Shown here: piece after piece, positions 52,545-64,000 of the stretch
Numbering within the stretch: position 1 is the first letter of the stretch
Layout: each line of letters begins with the position of its first letter
DNA from: Eledone cirrhosa
Taxonomy: Eukaryota
Direction: 5' to 3'
Assembly (NCBI GenBank): GCA_964016885.1
Contig: OZ024750.1
Location: 4,960,001 to 5,024,000, forward strand
Length of the DNA stretch: 64,000 nucleotides
The notes under the pieces: model-generated
What the model was told of the DNA's origin: nothing
Seen by the model: only the letters and a program-made list of their open reading frames with translations
Database searches by the model: none
Made by a program: the position numbers and the translations under genes

Positions 52545-53988
52545 GCTGATATCAAATGGGTTGGTATCAAACGGGTTGGTATCAAACGGGCTGGTATCAA
52601 ACGGGCTGGTATCAAACGGGTTGATATCAAACGGGTTGGTATCAAACGGGTTAGTATCAAACGGGTTGGTATCAAACGGGTTGATATCAAACGGGTTGGT
52701 ATCAAACGGGTTAATATCAAACGGGTTGGTATCAAACGGGTTGGTATCAAACGGATTAGTATCAGACAGGTTGGTATCAAACGGGTTGGTATCAAACGGG
52801 CTGGTATCAAACGGGTTGGTATCAAACGGGTTGGTATCAAACGGGTTAGTATCAGACGGGTTGGTATCAAACGGGTTGGTATCAAACGGGCTGGTATCAA
52901 ACGGGTTGGTATCAAACGGGTTGGTATCAAACGGGTTGGTATCAAACGGGTTGGTATCAAACGGGTTAGTATCAGACGGGTTGGTATCAAACGGGTTGGT
53001 ATCAAACGGGCTGGTATCAAACGGGTTGGTATCAAACGGGTTGGTATCAAACGGGTTGGTATCAAACGGGTTGGTATCAAACGGGTTGGTATCAAACGGG
53101 TTGATATCAAACGGGTTGGTATCAAACGGGTTGGTATCAAATGGGTTGGTATCAAACGGGTTAGTATCAAATGGGTTGGTATCAAACGGGTTGATATCAA
53201 ACGGGTTGGTATCAAATGGGTTGGTATCAAACGGGTTAGTATCAAATGGGTTGGTATCAAACGGGTTGGTATCAAACGGGTTGGTATCAAACGGGTTGGT
53301 ATCAAATGGGTTGGTATCAAACGGGTTGGTATCAAACGGGTTGGTATCAAACGGGTTAGTATCAAACGGGTTGGTATCAAATGGGTTGGTATCAAACGGG
53401 TTGGTATCAAATGGGTTGGTATCAAACGGGTTGGTATCAAACAGGTTGGTATCAAACGGGTTGGTATCAAACGGGTTGATATCAAACGGGTTGGTATCAA
53501 ATGGGTTGGTATCAAACGGGTTGATATCAAACGGGTTGGTATCAAACGGGTTGGTATCAAATGGGTTGGTATCAAACGGGTTGGTATCAAACAGGTTGGT
53601 ATCAAACGGGTTGGTATCAAACGGGTTGATATCAAACGGGTTGGTATCAAATGGGTTGATATCAAACGGGTTGGTATCAAACGGGTTGGTATCAAACGGG
53701 CTGGTATCAAACGGGCTGGTATCAAACGGGCTGGTATCAAACGGGTTGGTATCAAACGGGTTGGTATCAAACGGGTTAGTATCAAACGGGTTAGTATCAA
53801 ACGGGTTGGTATCAAACGGGTTGCTATCAAACGGGTTGATTTCAAACGGGTTGGTATCAAACGGGTTGGTATCAAACGGGTTGGTATCAAACGGGTTGAT
53901 ATCAAACGGGTTGGTATCAAACGGGTTGATATCAAACGGGTTGGTATCAAACGGGTTGATATCAAACGGGTTGCTATCAAACTGATTA
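52545..53988. repeat. 15-bp satellite, about 96 units
   Basis: AAACGGGTTGGTATC; explains KRVGI/SNGLV/TRLIP ORFs. Confidence 0.97.
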
Positions 53989-54179
53989 ACCCGTCACTCG
54001 GCTAAAGACGATCATCTGGTCTCAAGATGTCTTTAGGTGACACAATTCTATCAGCTCTCCACACATCCTGCTTATTCCGAACCATTCAACCAACTCTCAG
54101 AAACTCTACAAATATTGCTCCAATTCGATCTTTGGTTTTTATTATATAAAATTAATTTCACACACATACATATATATAT

Positions 54180-54352
54180 AAACAAGGAAGGTGTGGTAAG
54201 ATACTAGGTGGACCATAACGCACCAGAGTACTCAATAGTTAGGGTAGTAGAGTGGATAATAGGAAAAGAGTCAGGACCCCGACGGCTGAGCTCCGGCCGT
54301 TTCGGCAGCTAGATCCGAAATAGGCCACCATTTGGCTTAGTTCGGATCTAGC
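54180..54352 (-). mobile_element. Longest family H2 copy, with full stem II hairpin
   Basis: Minus strand GCTAGATCCGAA..TTCGGATCTAGC-TGCC-GAAACGGCCGGAGCTCAGCCGTC-GGGGTCC. Confidence 0.8.
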
Positions 54353-54479
54353 AAACGTGAGGTATATGATTTTTAATGCAATGAAATACCAATGACCGTT
54401 GGCAAATCACTGATGAGGGACTCATTTTATAACATGTTATCCATGTGCAACCATGCAGTATTCTTCTCCCCATATTTTT

Positions 54480-54530
<51 letters not shown>

Positions 54531-55019
54531 TAACGGGGGGGGGGGTCTGTGTGTACATGCTGATGTGTGTGTGTGTGTGTAAGTAAGAATGTCATTGCAT
54601 GTTAGATCTCAGTGGCTTGTGTTATATTCACGCATATGTTACACATATGTGTAACATATGTTACATATATGCTACACATATGTGTGTGTTACTATGTCTA
54701 CACGCGTGTGTGTATATATGCAGTTATTACATGTTGAATTTCTGGAATGTTTTACATATTTTAACAGTTCCATTAATGGACTCTAGTTGCAATTAATTAG
54801 CTGCGCTCCTGCTTCTATGGAGTCCAACTCCTCAACGTTTCGACTGAGTCAGTAACATATCCCAGAGACCCAATAGTACATATGTAATATATAGCCAGGG
54901 TGGAGTATCTCTCTACATATGTATATATAGATGCGTGCATGTATGTATGTATAAATGTATGTGTATATGTATGTGTATGTATGTGTGAGTGTATGTATGC
55001 ATATATGTATGAATGTGTG

Positions 55020-55127
<108 letters not shown>

Positions 55128-55289
55128 TGTGATTTATGTATGCTTGTGTGTTTGTATATGTATGTATATATATATAAGTATATACATTTGTGTTTATGTA
55201 TGTATGTGATTATATATATATGTATATATGTATGTTTGTGATTACATACATACATAGATACATACATACATACGTATGTATGTTTCTGG

Positions 55290-55336
<47 letters not shown>

Positions 55337-55352
55337 CACATGTGTATGTATG

Positions 55353-55560
55353 TATAAGGTGCTCCAAAGTAGTTCCCTGAAACAGTGTTGACATTATCAC
55401 CAATGTGTATATTAGGAGAAACATAGTTGATTCCCTTCAACAATTCCTTATATGGTCAACTCTTCGACAATTCCACCATATTTTTGGTGTATTTAACAAA
55501 GAATACAATCAGTTCTTTGAGATTGACAAATCTGTTTCTAAGTTGAGTCTGTAGACAAGA
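55353..55560 (-). mobile_element. Tc1/mariner 3' remnant
   Basis: Degenerate LQTQLRNRFVNLKELIVFF / GIVEELT, then TIR-like GGGAACTACTTTGGAGCACCTTA-TA. Confidence 0.4.
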
Positions 55561-55637
55561 TCATATCTGTTTCCTATCTCTGTCGGTTGTAGGTTGTATT
55601 TAAAAAAGTAAATTATTCGTGATGATGTTACGTTAAA

Positions 55638-55980
55638 AGGCGGCGAATTGACAAAGTGGTTAGAAAGTCAGATAGAATGCTTTGTAGGTATTGGTTCCGG
55701 TTCTCAGCTCTCTCAGTTCAAATCCTGCCATCGCCAGCTTTGCCTATCATCCTTTTCGAGGTCGATAAAAAATGTACCAGTCTCGTACTAGGGTCAATAA
55801 AATGTACCAGTCTAGTAATAGGGTCAATAAAAATGTACCAGTCTAGTACTGGGGTCATTAAAAATGTACCAGTCTAGTACTGGGGTCATTAAAAATGTAC
55901 CAGTCTAGTACTGGGGTCAATAAAAATGTACCAGTCTAGTACTGGGGTCAATAGAAATGTACCAGTCTAGTACTGGGTCG
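55638..55980 (+). mobile_element. SINE A variant with 31-bp tandem expansion of its 3' region
   Basis: AAAAATGTACCAGTCTAGTACTGGGGTCAAT x about 7 after the Meta-like domain. Confidence 0.8.
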
Positions 55981-56177
55981 ATTTTTCCTCTATGCCTATA
56001 TTTCTTGCTTCTTTACTCTATAACTCTCTCTCTCTCTCTCTCTCTCCTTCTCTGGAAGAAATCTGCTGTGTTCAGTCCTGGAGAGGAGATGAGCTCCGCC
56101 GCCCGGTTTTAAAATGTCCCGGAAACGTATTTACACACACACACACACACACACACTTATATATATACTCACATACG

Positions 56178-56250
<73 letters not shown>

Positions 56251-56324
56251 CAGGTTGTTCTGTCAATCAAACAACTTAAATACTCATCGTGTAAATCGAC
56301 GGAGATCCATTCCAGGATGTTTTA

Positions 56325-56630
56325 TAGAACTATAGAACCATAGACCTATAGAACCATAGAACCATAGATTTAAAGAACCATAGATCTATAGAATCATAAA
56401 ATTATAGAACCATAGAATTATAGAACTACAGAACTATAGAACTACAGAACTATAGAACTACAGAACTATAGAACTACAGAACTATAGAACTACAGAACTA
56501 TAGAATTATAGAACTACAGCACTATAGAACTACAGAACTATAGAACTATATAAATATATAAATATAGACCGACTCAAGAAATATAGATCTATAGAACTAT
56601 AGAACTGCAGAACTATAGAAATAAATATAG
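56325..56630. repeat. 9/18-bp tandem repeat
   Basis: ATAGAACTACAGAACT units. Confidence 0.85.
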
Positions 56631-57035
56631 ACCGACTCAAGTACTAGACTACTATATTCTTATTTCGTCCCAGAAAAAAATTTAAAAGTAAAGTTGACCT
56701 GGATGGAATTTGAACTGAGAAGTTAAAGTACAGGAAGTAGTGCCATTCTTCTGTGGCATTCTAGCGAATCTGTCCGCTGACAGATTATCTTAGCTATTGC
56801 CATATTTAGGTGAGTTGCTACATAGCCAGATAAGTTCTTCGCCTCCTACAGTTTGGCAACAAATGCTTAGAGAAATAGGTTTTTAATGTAATAAAACATT
56901 TAATATGTATTAAATATATAAATCCGACAACATAGTACTCTAGGTGGCTCAGGTAGATGTTGTTGGATTAAGTATAATATATGTCTAAATTAAAGTTCAC
57001 GACCACCACCATCACCAACAACACCAACAACAACA

Positions 57036-57223
57036 ATAATTGTTTCTACTTTTGGCACAAGGCCAACAATTACCTCAGTGTATTACTGGTACTTTATTTT
57101 ATCGACCCCGTAAGGAAGAAAGGCAAAGTTAACCTCGGCAGGATTTGAGCTCGGAATGGCAAGGGCCGTAACTCTATGCGTCAAAGCATGGTGTCCAACT
57201 CTCTACCGATACGATACTGCCAA
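57036..57223 (-). mobile_element. SINE family A
   Basis: Consensus match. Confidence 0.9.
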
Positions 57224-57880
57224 TAGTAATGGTTTCTGATTGAGGCGACCTATCGGACATTACCCAAATGCCGGTGGTAAGCTCACCTTTGATCTACCCA
57301 TCCAATCTAATCCAGGGCCTCTCTGGTTGACCTTCACTGCTACAAGCGTAATAACTGGTCTTTATGCCCCTATAATTAAAGGTGATACAACCGTGACCAT
57401 CCCATTTAAAAAAACAATCTATCCAAAGTGTCCTTCATTTGCTTCTAAGACAGTTAAGGTTGACTGCTATTTCTAGAAAGTCAAGAGACTGTGCAAGGGA
57501 CCCCCACCTCCCATTTCTGAGTTGCTGTTTGATTCCAGTTCAACCTCGATCGAGCAAAAGCACTCCAGACGTGACCATCCCGTTTTCCAGAGACGTAGTC
57601 TAACCAATATGTTCTTCCACATATTTTTTTTAAAAGTTGGGAATTTAGAAAGAGTTGGCAGCTATTTCTATTTTTATTTAATCCTGATTCAGTGGAGTTA
57701 AGATTATAAGCACTCCTAACAATATGTCCTTTTAAGGGCTGTATTGTTCATAAGGTGCTCCTTTAGGGCCGTATTGTTAATACGGTGCCCTTTTAAGTGC
57801 CGTATTGTTCATATGGTGCCCTTTTAAGGGCCGTATTGTTCCAAGGAGCCCTAACTTTAATTTTCAAAAATGTTATTATA

Positions 57881-57917
<37 letters not shown>

Positions 57918-57946
57918 GATGTCAGCCCTTGTGGCCAATAAAGAAA

Positions 57947-57993
<47 letters not shown>

Positions 57994-58452
57994 TTGCCGT
58001 TGTCATCTGTAGTAGAGTAAATACCTAAAAGCCTTGGGGTGCGACCATGGGTTAACGTGGCCCGGGGTAGAATATGATTGGGTGGATATTTGGCTGCTAT
58101 ATCTTGCAGTTGAAGAGACCACATAGTGGCTCGCCTCATTTCTACTGTTTTAGATTAACATGTTGTTATTGACTGGAATAGCTGCTTCATTCCAAGGTAT
58201 ATTGAGCTTAGAGAATGAGAGGGCGAGAGAGAGAGGTATGATAAGAGTGTGGGAGAGAGAGAGAGAGAGAGAGAAGTACAGAGCTGAGAGGGGGAGTGTG
58301 TGAAAGAGAGGTACAGTATATATAACCGAGGGAGAGAGAGAGAGAGAGCGGGTGAGAGAGAGAGAGAGTGAGAAAGATATGTAGTGGGTGAAAGAGAGGT
58401 ACTGAATATATTTGGTTGAGAGAGAGAAATATGTAACCTGAAAGAGAGACAC

Positions 58453-58500
<48 letters not shown>

Positions 58501-58507
58501 TGTATGC

Positions 58508-58544
<37 letters not shown>

Positions 58545-58551
58545 TGTATGC

Positions 58552-58588
<37 letters not shown>

Positions 58589-58603
58589 TATACATATATG
58601 TCT

Positions 58604-58634
<31 letters not shown>

Positions 58635-58664
58635 AATATATACATATATATATATATGTCTGTA

Positions 58665-58746
<82 letters not shown>

Positions 58747-59154
58747 TATACATATATATATATGTCTGTATGTGTGTGTATATATATAAATAGCTAAAAG
58801 AGAGAGAGGGGACGGGGGGATGAAGAGAAAGAGAGATATTTTGGGAGACCCCCAGTAAAAAACTTAAGTACTAATAACAGACCAGGGAAGGACATAGACT
58901 GCATTTGGAGTTGAGGTTCTTACTAGAATTCTCAGAATTAACACACACACGCACACACACATACACAAGTGTATGACATGCACACATACACATAGAGACA
59001 GACACATATATATACGCACACACACGCACATATATGCATATACACATATATACACACACACACACATATATATATGAAATCTATATATATATATTATAAT
59101 AATATATATATATATGAAATCTCTCTATATATAATATATATATATATATAGGTT

Positions 59155-59185
<31 letters not shown>

Positions 59186-59300
59186 ATATATAAAATATAT
59201 ATATATATTGTCCCCCACCTACCCCCCACTCTCCTGAGCGTGAATTTAATAAACATTTATTGTACTGCCTCTCTGTTCTGTCCCTGTTCAAATTTTTCAT

Positions 59301-59353
<53 letters not shown>

Positions 59354-59683
59354 TATATATAATCTATATATATATATATAATATATATATATATAATATA
59401 TATATATAATCTATATATATATATATATAATATATATATATAATATATATATATATATATAATCTCTATATATATATATATATAATCTATATATATATAA
59501 TCTATATATATATAATCTCTCTCTATATATATTATAATGTATATATTATATATATATACTATTATACACACACACATATACTTATATATATATATATATA
59601 TATCATTAAACAAATGAAGCATTAAAATATATTTATTATTTTATAGATTATTAGTCTTGATTTTTAATTTTAGTCTTTCAAAA

Positions 59684-59759
<76 letters not shown>

Positions 59760-59974
59760 ATATATTATCTGTTGTGCATAAATGATGTGTATTGATATTG
59801 TATTAATTGGTTGGCATTTTGATTAAACTCAAATGATTCCTATATTTTATGGTAACTAATAGCAAATTGTTAAATAAAATAACTTGATGTCTGTGGTACA
59901 TTATTATGAGGAGAGTTAATTGTCAGCGATTAAATATCTTGATCTTTTAATTTGGAGTTATAGGCACACTATAA

Positions 59975-60041
<67 letters not shown>

Positions 60042-60462
60042 GGGCAGAGGCCAGCGGCCAGTGGTCAACAGAGAGACAATCCACAAGGTGGATGACAGGC
60101 AAATGAAATATAGAAAAGATTAAAATGGGAGAAAGACAAGAAGAAGTGCACTAGGACACAGAAGTGACTGGAAGAAGGAAATAAAGAAAGGTGATGTACA
60201 AGACAAGTTTACACACACACATCTTCACCATCATCAGCTCTCAGACCAGCAAAATGGTTTCGCACGATTTAATTGCGCAAGGGCTTAGCCAAAGGAGAAA
60301 CAATATAGAAAGGGGAGAAATAGAAAAACATAAAATAATAATATGGACTGTAATCCCACGTGTAGTGTTACTGATGAAGATGGTTAGATAGATCTGGAGT
60401 ATTGAGACTAATGATATGGAGTTACATACTATTGATTAGTCACTATATCGATTTATCATGAT

Positions 60463-60822
60463 TGTAGCGACCCCTAGGGCTGGAACTCAGAAAATAAGTG
60501 TTGCATCCCTTTGTGACGGTCATGACCCCTAGTGTCACATCCATGAGCTAAACGGTGTTACGTCCCCATGGGGACTATATATTTGAGAGCGTGAGACCAT
60601 ACTCTCTCTCACTTTCCACTCGCCGCAGCTGAAGAGATGACTTCTGCCTTCTCTTTCTCTCTCTTCTTTACACGCTCCAGAGTCGATATGCAACTCACCA
60701 ACAGCCTACAGCCTACTCACTACTCGTGGTAAAATATATGTATTGTTCCATTATTGACTTCTATGAAGTAAAACTTTGTATAAACACGCACAACCATTCT
60801 TATTCTTTCTAAAAATATTACA
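60463..60822 (+). mobile_element. Possible solo LTR
   Basis: TGTA...TACA ends, internal TATA-like CTATATAT and AGTAAA; no convincing TSD. Confidence 0.3.
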
Positions 60823-60891
60823 AGTAATATGTTTACTAATATCAACCTTCTAAATGATCAACCAACCTTCTGAAACGATTGTAAAACAATC

Positions 60892-60969
<78 letters not shown>

Positions 60970-61400
60970 TGGTAAACGGAATAGAAAATGCTGACAAATT
61001 GTTCACAGTTGAAAAATGGTTTAATTAGGAATAAAAGAGTATTAGTAATTGTATGGGTTAGTATTCAGTTGTGGTTTTAAGTTTTTAAGGTTTTACCGGT
61101 TGCGCATTTCTAAATGCTTTTCAAAAATAATTTTGAGATAGAGTGTCCGTGTTGTTTGCTCTGTATTAGTGCATGAAGCAAGGTCACTATTTTGATGTCT
61201 CTTGTTTCTGGGGCGTTGGTCAAATTTGAACCTTGAAAACTTGGGCAGCACTTTTGTTCCGTGTAGGAACATAAATAAGTAATATAAATAAATAATAAAT
61301 AATATAATAATAATATAATATAATATAATATAATATGTAAGGGCGGTGCCCCAGCATGGCCTCGGTCGGATGGCTGGAACAGGTAAAAGAGTATATATAG

Positions 61401-61444
<44 letters not shown>

Positions 61445-61693
61445 ATACATATATATGTATATATATATATATGTATGTATATATGTGTGTATATATATAT
61501 ATATGTGTGTATATATATATATATGTGTATATATATATATATATATGTGTATATATATATATATATATATGTGTATATATATATGTGTATATATATATAT
61601 ATATATATGTGTATATATATATATATATATGTGTATATATATATATATATATGTGTGTATATATATATATATATATGTGTGTGTATATATATA

Positions 61694-61778
<85 letters not shown>

Positions 61779-61802
61779 ATGCGTTTACAGATTGACTTTG
61801 TT

Positions 61803-61853
61803 AGTTTCAGAAGATCCCGTTAAGGGTGAAAGCAGCGATTCTTTGCTTAAACT
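61803..61853 (+). ncRNA. Type I hammerhead-like motif (family H5), one core mismatch
   Basis: AGTTT-CAGAAGA-tCCC-gttaa-GGGt-GAAA-GCA..TGC-TT/AAACT. Confidence 0.6.
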
Positions 61854-62080
61854 TTAATCTGTTATTTTAATAAATATTTGCTCTACGGTTCTTATATATT
61901 TGATATATATTTATCCTTATCGAGCCCTCTTTGGATTTTAGTCTTCAAATTTATTATTATTACTATATATGTGTATATATATATATGTGTATATATATAT
62001 ATATACATATATATGTATATACATATATATGTACCTATGTATGTACATATATATGTATGTATGTATGTATATATTTATGT

Positions 62081-62690
62081 CAGGTCACCAGTTGGTGTAC
62101 TTGTAACATGTATCCCAGTACAACCTGTCTCATGGTCGGGTCGTTGGCGACTAAACTGGCAACCCCACCAAGGTTTCTTGGTGAGGAGGGTGACTTTGGA
62201 CATCCTGCAGGACAAAAAACAAAACCTGTCAAAGGGAAAAGGAGCTCTTAAGAGTCAATGGCCATCCAAAATCACCGGGAGAGATGACCCCTTAGCCTTT
62301 GTCAAGGCAGAATTCTAGGAGAAGGAAAACTCTGTTATAACACCTGCAACACTGATGGTATCCAATGATGTTGACTTGTTCTTCTTTTTGGTAAATATCA
62401 TCTTGGTTAAGAGAGTGGGACTGGCTCTGTGCAGTGCCTTTGCTCACTATAAAAGCTTCACGGCACAGGCATTGCTTTATATCTGGAGACCTCTCTGCAC
62501 TTGTCGTCACATGGTACCATGGGCCCAGCACTATGTGTCAATAATTGTCACAAGTGTAGTGTTTGTACCAGAGTTTTCAAGTCGCTGGCTGGACTAAAAA
62601 GTCACACTCGTTCAGCACATCGGTAGGGGTTCTCCTACATGGATATAAAGTAGTGGCCATACTCGAAAACGAGTTGGCAGCCACCATGTA
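62081..62690 (+). mobile_element. Bipartite non-autonomous RTE derivative (5' UTR fused to 3' end)
   Basis: RTE-type 5' motif CTAGGAGAAGGAAAACTCTG 62315-62334; C2H2 ORF end 62519-62626; 3' stem-loop CTCG-AAAA-CGAG and (AT)n tail. Confidence 0.7.
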
Positions 62691-63402
62691 TATATATATG
62701 TGCGAGTGTTGTATATCTGCAAGCTGCCTGTGTTTGTATGTTTCTGTATGTGTGTGTTTCTCTGCGGTGTGTGTATATGTGTATGTAAGTGTGTATGTGT
62801 GTGTATATGTGTATGTGTGTGTGTGCAGGTGTGTAACATGAACGACTAAGCAGTGACGTTCGTTGTTTTACCTATGACTACCTGTCTACTGCTTACCTGG
62901 CAAAAAAGCAAACATTTTACCAACGTATTGATATCCCCCCCCCCCTTATACCTCTATCACCACCTCCTCCCCCCTACCACCAGCACCATTACCACGTCCA
63001 TCACCTCTTCCATCATCACCACCATCATCACTACCACCATCACCTTCACCATATATATATATATCACCACCATCACCACCTATATCACCAACACCACCTC
63101 CACCCCCCTCCTATTTCGGTGATAGACGTATGGCAACGCCAGACACCCACGTAACGTCGTCACCCACACGGCACGTCACGTCACCGTATATGTTCACGCA
63201 TTACACACACACACACACTTTTTCGTCAATACACACACACTCACTGAGGCTCACACACACACGTACACACAGACACACACTCACTGACGCTCACACACAC
63301 ACAAACACACACACAAACACACACACACACACACACAACCGCGTCAAGTTATATTTATAGATTAACGTGCACACACTCACACACCCACAGTTATATTTAT
63401 AT

Positions 63403-63438
<36 letters not shown>

Positions 63439-63505
63439 GCACACATTCTTATACAGACATACACACGCATCCACACATGCAAAAATATGGTAAACTTAAT
63501 GAGCC

Positions 63506-63562
<57 letters not shown>

Positions 63563-63665
63563 TGTGTATTTGCTTGTATCTACACACAGGGTTATATATA
63601 TATATATATATATACAATATGTATGGGGTATATATGTATACATAAACACATAGACATACATACTT

Positions 63666-63714
<49 letters not shown>

Positions 63715-64000
63715 CACACACATACATACGCACGCACACATATGTATATATACACACACACACATACATACGTACATCTAAATACATACATACATACATA
63801 CATACATAGATACATAGATTCAGACATACATACATACACACATACATACATACACACATACACACATACATACATACACATACATACATACATACACACA
63901 CACATACATACATACACACATACATACATACACACATACATACACACATACATACATACACACACATACATACACACATACATACATAAGATACCGCCAT

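Noticed and set aside
52545-53988. Telomere-like GGGTT array
   Set aside because: The 15-bp unit is not TTAGGG and is better explained by the MITE terminus

Overview
Eukaryotic, AT- and microsatellite-rich DNA. The repeat content and the actin sequence suggest a cephalopod mollusc, probably Octopus (inference, not database-checked). The only confident protein-coding gene is a two-coding-exon actin on the minus strand (11585-11460 joined to 8836-7832, 376 aa). It has a CArG/Inr promoter and a candidate intronic CArG+MCAT enhancer. Nearly all other listed ORFs are microsatellite or minisatellite artefacts. The rest of the window consists of tRNA-derived SINEs (at least 4 families), LINE remnants (CR1, RTE, CRE, L1/Tx1), MITEs, a Helitron-like element and many minisatellites visibly seeded from transposon fragments. 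The most striking unannotated layer is a set of at least five unrelated short element families in or beside (TA)n tracts. They carry type I hammerhead ribozyme motifs, complete at 3933, 31932 and 36132 and near-complete at 61803, and often have inverted ends, as expected of Penelope-like elements or retrozymes. All calls were made by eye, and repeat boundaries are approximate (about +/-10-20 bp).
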